Shown here: piece after piece, positions 18,016-24,999 of the stretch | Layout: each line of letters starts with the position of its first letter | Numbering within the stretch: the stretch's first letter is position 1 | IMG/VR virus record: IMGVR_UViG_3300010043_000011 | Location: 1 to 27,823 of that record | Length of the DNA: 27,823 nucleotides | From: a virus | Taxonomy: Duplodnaviria; Caudoviricetes | Direction: 5' to 3' (one strand) | The notes under the pieces: model-generated | The model's database searches: none | The model's input: the letters and a program-made list of their open reading frames with translations, nothing else | What the model was told of the DNA's origin: nothing | Made by a program: the position numbers and the translations under genes

Positions 18016-18909
18016 CTACCTCTGGATTCCAAAGAGGATGACCGTCCCGCCCAGCCAGTGGCCGCCGCCGACCCAGTAGAGCCGGATGGCGTTCCAGGGG
18101 TTCGTGTTCTGCCCAAAAAGCGTAGCTCCGTCCCATTTGACGTAGCCGGATGTGGGGTGCTGGGTGTGGGTCTCGAAATTCATCGGCTTGAGCACGCCGG
18201 CCAGCGACGGCGTGTTGAAATAAACCCGGCTCTGCATGAAGGCGGGGCCGACCTTGGCTTGTATTCCGCCGAAGACACCGTGATCGGCAACCAGCCCGTG
18301 GCCAGCGATGTTTCCCAGGTAGTCGGCCCCCATGTAGCCCGAAGCGTAGTCGCTAGGACCGTTGTTCCAGGTCGAGCCGTTGTTTGGGGAGATGATGTAG
18401 CCAAGCCCCTGATCGGCGTCGGATTGCCCGTTGATGATGTGGAGTTCGTATTCGTCGTAAAGGCTACCGATATTGAAGATGTCGATCTGATTGGTGAGCA
18501 CCGTGATCGTCTGCTTGAAGACGGGCACCGGGGTGCCGCTGCGCGGCGCGTCGGCGATGATGAAGCCGACCTCATCGATGTATTGAAGCGTTCCCTGGAC
18601 CGGGATCACCGTGCTGTGCAGCTGGACGATGGTCGTCCCATCGGTATGCTGGACGATAACGGAGCCTGATGGCGTGGGGTTCTGACAGTTGATGAAGATG
18701 GTCTTGACGTTGCGGAAGACGCCAGAGGCCGGCGGCGCACAGATATCTACCGCGGAAATCGGGGCGGTGATCTGGGTCTTTTGGTTACCGGGCTGGACGC
18801 TACCGGAGATGTTGTCCAGGTAGCTGACGAGGACTTCGTAATCCACGCCGGCACCGCCGCCAGGAAACACCAGCTGGAGCTTGTCTGTCGTGGATGCGAG
18901 AATCAGCAT
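18016..18909 (-). CDS. Putative head/tail fibre-like protein (297 aa)
   Basis: N-terminal domain paralogous to 17659-18012; C-terminal fibre-tip-like 'YDEYELHI...NAIRLYW.GG....GTVILFGI'. Confidence 0.65.
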   Translation of the reverse strand: MLILASTTDKLQLVFPGGGAGVDYEVLVSYLDNISGSVQPGNQKTQITAPISAVDICAPPASGVFRNVKTIFINCQNPTPSGSVIVQHTDGTTIVQLHSTVIPVQGTLQYIDEVGFIIADAPRSGTPVPVFKQTITVLTNQIDIFNIGSLYDEYELHIINGQSDADQGLGYIISPNNGSTWNNGPSDYASGYMGADYLGNIAGHGLVADHGVFGGIQAKVGPAFMQSRVYFNTPSLAGVLKPMNFETHTQHPTSGYVKWDGATLFGQNTNPWNAIRLYWVGGGHWLGGTVILFGIQR

Positions 18910-18931
18910 CCCCGGACTTTAACCCACAAAC

Positions 18932-20605
18932 CTAAGACATGGCAGGGTAAAGCGGGACTGCCGCCCGCTTGTATTTATTCTCTTCCACACGGTCCAATTC
19001 GTCTTCGTCCGGCATGTTGGCGAGGCCCAGCAAGCGCAGATGCACGAGGGCCTGAGACATAGCGTCCGCCAGGTCGTCGTGCTGCCCCTTCGGGAGATCC
19101 GCGCACTCGCCGATGACGCTATCGGCCCATTCCTTGAACAGGTAATCGCCGCTGCCACTATCCTCGGCGGGGGCATAGATCAGCCCGCATTCGAAGAGAT
19201 TCTGCACGGAATACATCCGGGCGACCTTATCGCCCTCGGGAGTGATCAGCTGGACGCCGAAATCCGCGCGGTCGGCGGTCTTCGGGTTTTGCCCGATCTT
19301 GTCCGAGATGACCCGGCCTCTACGCCGTAGCTCCTGGGCGACCGGGTGGCCGGAGGCTTTGTCTTCGATCAGAACTCTATCAACTTTGAACTTTTTGCAG
19401 GTCTCTTCGATCTTGCGGACGAGTTCGTAGAGTTCGAGCCGATCGCTCCAGGCCCACATCAAGATCAATCTTCGGTTCTCCCAGATATCTTTGCAGACAC
19501 CCAGTACGATGGCTGCGGAGGGATCGTTCTGCTTCTTCTCGGTCTGGGCGGTATCGAGGGAGAGGACGGTATAGGACATGACCGGGAACTTAGGCCACGG
19601 GACGCCGAACTTGCCGCACTCTTCGGGGGTGTAGGCGCGCCAATGTTCACGCTTGATGATTCCTCCACCGCGCGGCGAAGGACGCTGCTGATACTGGCCC
19701 GCATAGGCCCAAGAGCCTTTTTCTCTTTCGATATTGGCAACAGCCTCGGGGGAGAAGCGTTCCGGCCAAGCCAGGTCCCCGTCTTCTGTACGTGGATCGG
19801 TCCATCCAAGCGGGTTGAAAGGCTCCCGTCCGGCTTCAAATTCCATTGGCACCATGAGGTGGCAATACGGCCATCCTTGCTCAAGGATAAAACCGGAAAT
19901 GTCACCCTGATGAACCCGCTGCATGATGATGACGATCGCTGAATCGTCCAGGTTATTGAGACGGTCGGTGATGGTCTCACGGAACCACCGAACTGTATCC
20001 GTTCGCACAACATCCGACTCAGATTTGTGAACGTCGTGAGGATCATCGATAACAACGCGATCGCCTCTTTCGCCGGTACCGATGCCTTTGACCGACGACG
20101 CGAATTTGCTTCCCGTCTTGTCGTTGGTGATTTTGATTTCGCCTTCTTTTTCGAGCGTGAACTTTTCACCCCACAACTCCCTGAAGCGATCGCTCATCAC
20201 CAGCTTGCGGAACTTGGTGTTGTCTCTTTCGGTCAGCCCTGACGAGTAGGAAAAGCTCACATAGCGCAGGTGAGGCATCGACATTGCGCCCCACTCCCAG
20301 GCCGGCCAGAAGCAGTTGACCATTAGCGATTTCATCGAGCCCGGCGGCACGTTGATCAAAAGTCTCGTGATCTTTCCCAGCGTCACCGCTTCCAGGTGCA
20401 TGCAGATGTCGTAGAGGAGCCATCCTTCCACCAGCTTTGTTTCGGGCTCTAATACGCTCCAAAAATACCTCACGAATTCGATGAGCCCGCCCGCGCGAGA
20501 CTGTAGCTTGCGGCTCTGGCGCAGCCGGAGTTCATCTTTCATGGCCTTGAGGGTTTGCGCCCCCACGGCGTCATCGAACGGGAGCTTACTCTCGGGAGCG
20601 TTCAT
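18932..20605 (-). CDS. terL: Terminase large subunit
   Basis: Walker A 'INVPPGSMKS', Walker B 'VVIDDPH', coupling motif 'IMQRVH', 'GQYQQRP', RNase H-like 'SLDTA', 'IEDKASG', 'HDDLADAMSQAL'. Confidence 0.95.
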   Translation of the reverse strand: MNAPESKLPFDDAVGAQTLKAMKDELRLRQSRKLQSRAGGLIEFVRYFWSVLEPETKLVEGWLLYDICMHLEAVTLGKITRLLINVPPGSMKSLMVNCFWPAWEWGAMSMPHLRYVSFSYSSGLTERDNTKFRKLVMSDRFRELWGEKFTLEKEGEIKITNDKTGSKFASSVKGIGTGERGDRVVIDDPHDVHKSESDVVRTDTVRWFRETITDRLNNLDDSAIVIIMQRVHQGDISGFILEQGWPYCHLMVPMEFEAGREPFNPLGWTDPRTEDGDLAWPERFSPEAVANIEREKGSWAYAGQYQQRPSPRGGGIIKREHWRAYTPEECGKFGVPWPKFPVMSYTVLSLDTAQTEKKQNDPSAAIVLGVCKDIWENRRLILMWAWSDRLELYELVRKIEETCKKFKVDRVLIEDKASGHPVAQELRRRGRVISDKIGQNPKTADRADFGVQLITPEGDKVARMYSVQNLFECGLIYAPAEDSGSGDYLFKEWADSVIGECADLPKGQHDDLADAMSQALVHLRLLGLANMPDEDELDRVEENKYKRAAVPLYPAMS

Positions 20606-20606
20606 G

Positions 20607-20783
20607 TTATCGAGCTTGGCTCTCCTCCCAGCGTGCCGCCTTCAGAAGCGTCATTCGCATCCAGGAGCTTAGCGTTATCCCCAGGCGTCCCGCACAGTCC
20701 TGAAACAGCTTGCGCTCATCGTGGCGCACGCGGATCGCCACGGCGGAGGCGCGCGGGGGCTTTTTCTTGGGGGGCTTCACCAT
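20607..20783 (-). CDS. Ribbon-helix-helix (CopG/Arc-like) DNA-binding protein, 58 aa, absent from the ORF track
   Basis: Manual translation: MVKPPKKKPPRASAVAIRVRHDERKLFQDCAGRLGITLSSWMRMTLLKAARWEESQAR. Alternating strand VAIRV, a helix, then G-I-T-L-S turn and second helix. Stops 1 nt before the terL ATG. Confidence 0.75.
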   Translation of the reverse strand: MVKPPKKKPPRASAVAIRVRHDERKLFQDCAGRLGITLSSWMRMTLLKAARWEESQAR

Positions 20784-20788
20784 TATTC

Positions 20789-20821
20789 TTGCCTTTTAGC
20801 GCAAACGCGCTAGTTTCGCAA
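20789..20821. promoter_or_regulatory. Overlapping divergent sigma70-like promoters with a central palindromic operator
   Basis: Plus strand: TTGCCT(20789)-16 nt-TAGTTT(20811). Minus strand: TTGCGA(20821-20816)-17 nt-TAAAAG(20798-20793). Palindrome TAGCGC-AAAC-GCGCTA at 20797-20812. Confidence 0.55.
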
Positions 20822-20824
20822 TAC

Positions 20825-21067
20825 ATGCCCAATCACACACACAGCGAGCGTGCAGACTTGTACGCGGAGGAAAACTCCCGCCTGCGGGAGGAAATCAAGA
20901 CCATCCGCGCCGACGCCGCCAATGTCGTGATGGCGCTCGACTGTGCCTGCCAGCTGATCGAGCAGCTGATTCTGTTCCTGCCCGAGGGCAATCCGGTCTC
21001 GCCAAAACTAACTGAAGTGAAAGCGTGCTTTGACGCGGCGATGGCACGCATCAGGGGCCGTCCGTGA
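20825..21067 (+). CDS. Hypothetical helical protein (80 aa), probably leaderless
   Basis: ATG 8 nt after the predicted -10 with no RBS; GTGA coupling to the next gene; resembles the C-terminal half of 22038-22430. Confidence 0.65.
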   Translation: MPNHTHSERADLYAEENSRLREEIKTIRADAANVVMALDCACQLIEQLILFLPEGNPVSPKLTEVKACFDAAMARIRGRP

Positions 21068-21432
21068 ATGTTAGACCGCTGGTTATCGGGCCTGAGGCGC
21101 AAGCGAGGGTCGCCAAGGTCGTGGCGTACGCGATGGATCACCCCTATCGAAAGGGCGATCCCACACCCGGCGACAATCCGAGTTACGTGGCGCAGCTGGG
21201 CGCCTATCGTTGTGTATTCACCTTCACGCATCACGACGAGAGGGTTCTCCGTCATCTCTCGATTTCGGTTCCTTCGAAGAAATATCCGCATCCGGTTGCG
21301 GCATTCGAGATAGCCCGGATGTTTGGGTTCACCGGCTATGACGATGCCATGCCGATGCGGCCGGGCGACGGCTGGGCGATGAACGTGGACGAGCGCGAGC
21401 ATTGTGTTGTCATCGTACAAGAGACCAAATGA
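21064..21432 (+). CDS. Hypothetical protein (122 aa)
   Basis: Coupled GTG start; globular alpha/beta composition with 'RHLSISVP...PHP'. Confidence 0.7.
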   Translation: MNVRPLVIGPEAQARVAKVVAYAMDHPYRKGDPTPGDNPSYVAQLGAYRCVFTFTHHDERVLRHLSISVPSKKYPHPVAAFEIARMFGFTGYDDAMPMRPGDGWAMNVDEREHCVVIVQETK

Positions 21433-21441
21433 GGGGACAAA

Positions 21442-21666
21442 ATGAGCCTACATCCCGAGACCTTCAACTATCTCAATCCCAGTGATCGCCAGAAGGAGCG
21501 CATGTACCGCGGGCGCGAGGCTGCCGCCGGGTATGCCGCGGTGATCGAGCAGATTTGCACCGAGGGGCCGGACAAGACGTACCTGCTCCGCAAGCTGCGC
21601 GAAGTAGCAATGTGGGTGAACATCAACATCACGCGGCATAGCGATGGCGCACCGAGGGAGGATTGA
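21442..21666 (+). CDS. Acb2/Tad1-like helical-hairpin protein (putative immune-signal sponge)
   Basis: GAGGGG RBS. 'TFNYLNPSDRQ...M...R......A..I...C.EGPDKT..LRKLREVAMWVN..ITR' matches the recalled family pattern F.Y..P...Q......R...CP.SREKS.A.TKLEE..MWAN..IAR. Confidence 0.65.
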   Translation: MSLHPETFNYLNPSDRQKERMYRGREAAAGYAAVIEQICTEGPDKTYLLRKLREVAMWVNINITRHSDGAPRED

Positions 21667-21882
21667 ATGATCCTCGAACCGCATCCAGGCGACACCAACA
21701 GAGACGGCACGCTGCGCAACTTGTTGGCGTTTCTGCTTTGTATCGGCGTCCTCGCCGGCATCATGCTGGTTCTGATCACGGTGCAGTTTGCCGGGGATAG
21801 CATCCGGTGCTGGACCTCGGATTCGCCCTGCCACGATCTACCTAACTGGCACCGCTGCTTAGTTGGAAAGATTGAGTGCTGA
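21667..21882 (+). CDS. Small membrane protein with a Cys-rich C-terminus
   Basis: GGAGG RBS; one hydrophobic helix LLAFLLCIGVLAGIMLVLITV followed by four cysteines. Confidence 0.6.
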   Translation: MILEPHPGDTNRDGTLRNLLAFLLCIGVLAGIMLVLITVQFAGDSIRCWTSDSPCHDLPNWHRCLVGKIEC

Positions 21883-21883
21883 C

Positions 21884-22084
21884 ATGGCGCCCGAGGGGAT
21901 CATCAAGCGGCTGACCGCGGAGAATGACCGACTCAAGCGCGAGAACCGGGAGCTACGTGTAACAATTCTCCAGCTGGAGAACACGATCGATGACATGCAG
22001 CGAGTTGGACGATCTGGAGTGGGGAGAGAGGGCGTCGATGCTCCTGGATGTGGGGGCAAAGGCGATCAAGAAGCTGATGACTGA
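21884..22084 (+). CDS. Small coiled-coil protein
   Basis: ATG 1 nt after the upstream stop; heptads 'LTAENDRLKRENRELRVTILQLEN'. Confidence 0.5.
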   Translation: MAPEGIIKRLTAENDRLKRENRELRVTILQLENTIDDMQRVGRSGVGREGVDAPGCGGKGDQEADD

Positions 22085-22430
22085 GAAAGAAGAATTAGAG
22101 CGCAGGGTGTACGCGCTTGAGACGGAAAACAAGACGCTGGCGGCGGTACTTGACCCTGTTCTGGAGGACCGTGACGCAGGCAAGGCGGCGCTGGCTATTT
22201 CCGCGGCCAAGATCGTGGAGCTTAGCGACATCAACAAGAAGTACATGGACGGGCTCACCGCGGCGCTGGTTTTGATCGACTACATGATGACCGAGTTGCG
22301 CCATGCCGGTGCTGTTCCCTCGCCTGCGCTTCAGGTGGCGCACGCGCGCTTCACCGAGAACATGAAGAAGATATTTCCCAGCGGGCCGAACGTGCTGCTT
22401 GATCCGATCAGGCAGGTGAAGGGGCCGTGA
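22038..22430 (+). CDS. Coiled-coil hypothetical protein (130 aa)
   Basis: Purine-rich RBS before the ATG at 22038; GTGA coupling to the next gene. Confidence 0.65.
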   Translation: MLLDVGAKAIKKLMTEKEELERRVYALETENKTLAAVLDPVLEDRDAGKAALAISAAKIVELSDINKKYMDGLTAALVLIDYMMTELRHAGAVPSPALQVAHARFTENMKKIFPSGPNVLLDPIRQVKGP

Positions 22431-22675
22431 AGGAGTTCTATTCCAGGGAGGATGCCGAGGCGGCGCTGGCGCTGAGCAGGCGCATCCAGAAGATACTTCG
22501 TGGCAAGGACTCTGGATTTGTCGGTGCGGCGCTGGCGGACCTGGTTTCGCTCTGGATCATCGCGCATCACCCGGACTGCCGGGAGGATGTGCTCCAGATG
22601 TGGGTCAAGTACATGCGCAAGCTAATGCCGATGTCCGAGAAGCAGATGTTTGGCGACGAGGGCTGGCACGAATGA
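22427..22675 (+). CDS. Hypothetical protein (82 aa)
   Basis: Coupled on both sides; helical 'GAALADLVSLWIIAH'. Confidence 0.65.
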   Translation: MKEFYSREDAEAALALSRRIQKILRGKDSGFVGAALADLVSLWIIAHHPDCREDVLQMWVKYMRKLMPMSEKQMFGDEGWHE

Positions 22676-23019
22676 TTTTCGACTTGAAGCGCCCGTGTGC
22701 GAACTGCCCATTCCGCAAGGGACAGGGCGAGAAGTATCAGCTGAGCCCGAAGCGGCTCAAGGAAATCGAGCGTGCGGAAGGCTTCCTCTGTCACAAGACG
22801 GTGGATTATTCGAAGCCCGGCGCGCGCGGGCGCAAGAATTCGCGGCAATGCGCGGGTTTCATGTCTGTGATGCAGCACGAGTGGGGTGGTTCCCCGATGA
22901 TGCAGCTGGCGCAGCGCATGATGGGTGTAGACTTCAAGGACCTTGATCCGCAGCACGAAGCCTACGACAGTTGGGCAGACGTAAAAAAAGCCCACGCGAG
23001 ACCCAACGAAAGAGAATAG
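22672..23019 (+). CDS. Cys/His metal-binding protein (DUF6283-like)
   Basis: ATGA-coupled start; motifs 'PCANCPFR', 'FLCHKT', 'QCAG'. Confidence 0.7.
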   Translation: MIFDLKRPCANCPFRKGQGEKYQLSPKRLKEIERAEGFLCHKTVDYSKPGARGRKNSRQCAGFMSVMQHEWGGSPMMQLAQRMMGVDFKDLDPQHEAYDSWADVKKAHARPNERE

Positions 23020-23082
23020 GGGGGTCACCACTCGCCACTCACCACTCTACGATCATCGCATCACATTAGGGGGACTTCTGTG

Positions 23083-23202
23083 ATGGAACAGATATACTTC
23101 AATAGGCTAGAGCGAGAGCTGATCTACGTTCGCTTGATGTTGTTGCTGAACACCGCGGTCATGCTGTGGGTGCTAAGCACGAGTGCCGGCGCAGGTCTGT
23201 AG
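23083..23202 (+). CDS. Putative 39-aa hydrophobic peptide, absent from the ORF track
   Basis: AGGGGGA RBS-like sequence; MEQIYFNRLERELIYVRLMLLLNTAVMLWVLSTSAGAGL. Confidence 0.35.
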   Translation: MEQIYFNRLERELIYVRLMLLLNTAVMLWVLSTSAGAGL

Positions 23203-23371
23203 GTAGTTCTTCCTCGCACTCGAACAGCGTCATTAGGGGTTCGCCCATCTGCCGCTGGGTCTCCACCATGGGGCACAGCGGGTCGTGCGCCATAAGCTTG
23301 CCGTCGTGCTCCGGATCGGGGCCTAGCATCACGTCGTAAGTCCCAGGTTCTCGCGGCATAGTTTTTCCCAC
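23159..23371 (-). CDS. Hypothetical protein (70 aa)
   Basis: Last ORF of the minus-strand small-gene run; 'H..LC' and 'HSC' may bind metal. Confidence 0.55.
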   Translation of the reverse strand: MGKTMPREPGTYDVMLGPDPEHDGKLMAHDPLCPMVETQRQMGEPLMTLFECEEELPTDLRRHSCLAPTA

Positions 23372-23631
23372 ATCTCCGGGTGCACCTGTTTAAGCCTTTC
23401 CAGCAGCGCGTCTTCGTTCTCCAGGCTGGGTCTTCCGTCCACCTCGCGTTGCCAGCGTTCCTCCGCGGTGCAGGGGAACGACTGATCGCCGGGATCGAAG
23501 CCGCGCTCGGATTTCTCGGGTTTCTCTTTCGGCTCTTTCGGCTCTTTCGTATCGAGGAACCGATGCGGCGATTTCCGCATCTCGCGTTCGCTCTCGCGCT
23601 TGAGCGGTTCGTGGTGGTCGCCTCTTCGCAT
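23329..23631 (-). CDS. Hypothetical charged protein (start may be at 23580)
   Basis: KEP repeats; helical 'EDALLERLKQVHPE'. Confidence 0.55.
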   Translation of the reverse strand: MRRGDHHEPLKRESEREMRKSPHRFLDTKEPKEPKEKPEKSERGFDPGDQSFPCTAEERWQREVDGRPSLENEDALLERLKQVHPEMWEKLCRENLGLTT

Positions 23632-23666
23632 TCACGCTTCCTGCCACGCTTCCTTAACGCCTGATC

Positions 23667-23927
23667 TTAAAGAGGAACGCTTCCGAGGTCGCCTTTCACG
23701 GGATGATCTGCCGGGTACTCTGGCTCGCGTATCGTGTCCATCTTGAGTGCGTCGTATTTTTCACCGTCTCCCACCGGCAGCGTGACCAGGCCGATCGCGT
23801 GGCCGCCGCTATCGTGGGTATCGTTCTTGATGTTGCGCAGCACATGCGCGATCGCATTGGGCTTGTTCAGGTACGCGGCGACCGGCGCGCCGCTCTGCAT
23901 CACGACGTGGATTTTCATGTGTTTCAC
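23667..23927 (-). CDS. Hypothetical protein (86 aa)
   Basis: Fits the operon; beta-beta-alpha pattern 'IHVVMQSGAPVAAYLNKPNAIAHV'. Confidence 0.55.
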   Translation of the reverse strand: MKHMKIHVVMQSGAPVAAYLNKPNAIAHVLRNIKNDTHDSGGHAIGLVTLPVGDGEKYDALKMDTIREPEYPADHPVKGDLGSVPL

Positions 23928-23937
23928 GCTTTCGCGC

Positions 23938-24231
23938 TTAGAGCATCGAATTCACGGACGCCTCGACCGCGCTCTGTAGGTCCGGGTCGGTGATCGCGGC
24001 TCCCGCGTCCTGCACCTTCTGATCCATCACCAGCACCGGCATGATCTGGGCGGCGGCGATGTTGGGCGCCGTGAACACCTGGCTCGCCCACTTGAGCCTT
24101 GTGTTATGTGCCGCCACGCTCCTGTCCTCGCCCGAGATGTAGCTGGCGTAGTGCAAGCACGCGATCTGGGTGCGCTGGGAAAAACTCGCATCGCTCATCA
24201 ACGCAGCCGTCCCCGCATAGTCCAGAGCCAT
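23938..24231 (-). CDS. Conserved phage hypothetical protein (97 aa)
   Basis: GGAGGGG RBS; 'ALMSDASF..R...AC...A.YI..E......HNTR.KWA' ... 'ITD.DLQSAVE'. Confidence 0.7.
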   Translation of the reverse strand: MALDYAGTAALMSDASFSQRTQIACLHYASYISGEDRSVAAHNTRLKWASQVFTAPNIAAAQIMPVLVMDQKVQDAGAAITDPDLQSAVEASVNSML

Positions 24232-24347
24232 GAGCCCCTCCATATCCCGTCGATGTGCGTATAATTTGCCAGAACATCAGCCGTTCGCGGCGCTCGCGCT
24301 GCGCACGAGAGAGCCGGCGATCGCTTGGCACGTTCACTTTGACACGT

Positions 24348-24578
24348 TCACTTGGGCAGTATCCCGAGAGCCTTGAGGATGTCAGCATCGACGCACTTCG
24401 AGAGCAGCGCGTTGACTTCGCGTTGCGCCGCGAACACCGCCTGAAGCTCCCACACTACGACGCCCAGCGCGACCATCACAACGAGGAACGAAGCCAATAA
24501 AAGCGGTTCCGGTTTGAGCGCGTTGACCACGCTCGTGATAACCGTCCCCGCCTGCTTGGCTGCTTCCTCGGCAGGCAT
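24348..24578 (-). CDS. Single-pass membrane protein (holin-like candidate)
   Basis: Hydrophobic helix LLLASFLVVMVALGVVVW preceded by an amphipathic helix. Confidence 0.55.
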   Translation of the reverse strand: MPAEEAAKQAGTVITSVVNALKPEPLLLASFLVVMVALGVVVWELQAVFAAQREVNALLSKCVDADILKALGILPK

Positions 24579-24606
24579 CGCTCTACCCTAAGCGCTCTAC
24601 CCTAAG
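24579..24606. repeat. Perfect 14-bp tandem duplication
   Basis: CGCTCTACCCTAAG at 24579-24592 and 24593-24606. Confidence 0.95.
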
Positions 24607-24608
24607 GA

Positions 24609-24911
24609 TCAGTTGTTGCTCGGCCACTGTCCCGCGGCCGGCTCGTTCACCCGCGGCATGGTGCACCACGGAACCGCTCCCGCAGCCGGGCGCGTCCCGT
24701 AGTAGAATTGCACGGCCAGTGCTGGTGCCGTGGTTCCATCCGCGTTGAACAGCGTGAGGTCCAGCTTGGGACCGATACCACCGACACCCTCAGAGCCTTG
24801 CGGAGTGTTGGTATTCACAACCATGGCGGCAAGCGCCTTGGCAGCCGGCGGGCTCGCCGCAAAGTACCAAACGATCGAGCCCGGCACGGGTCGCGTAGCA
24901 GAGCGGGGCAT
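24609..24911 (-). CDS. Conserved phage protein (small beta-barrel-like)
   Basis: 'PVPGSIVWY', 'LAAMVV', 'LDLTLFNADG', 'WCTMP' is a recurrent phage pattern. Confidence 0.65.
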   Translation of the reverse strand: MPRSATRPVPGSIVWYFAASPPAAKALAAMVVNTNTPQGSEGVGGIGPKLDLTLFNADGTTAPALAVQFYYGTRPAAGAVPWCTMPRVNEPAAGQWPSNN

Positions 24912-24999
24912 GATGCTTTAGCGCGAGATGCGCCTCCCTGATTTCCGTGTTGAGGTCTTACGCTTCACTTTGGTCTTCACTCTTACTTTAGGTCTCCGC

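Noticed and set aside
551-20242. Many long plus-strand ORFs (e.g. 1382-2281, 5798-6793, 10328-11419, 17593-18669)
   Set aside because: They are antisense shadows of well-supported minus-strand structural genes. They have no recognisable motifs, and such shadows are expected at high GC.
18932-20605. Intein or intron in terL
   Set aside because: The 557-aa length is ordinary, the motifs are contiguous, and there are no splicing or homing-endonuclease signatures.
20555-20824. N-terminal 90 aa of the ORF-track call 20555-21067
   Set aside because: It overlaps the terL start, the RHH gene and the predicted promoter; ATG 20825 is the better start.
23920-23928. parS half-site TGTTTCACG
   Set aside because: Only a half-site, and it coincides with the GTG AAA CAC start codons of a gene; likely chance.
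24104-24388. Minus-strand 94-aa ORF
   Set aside because: It overlaps two better-supported genes in another frame. A short peptide from ~24332 cannot be excluded but has no support.
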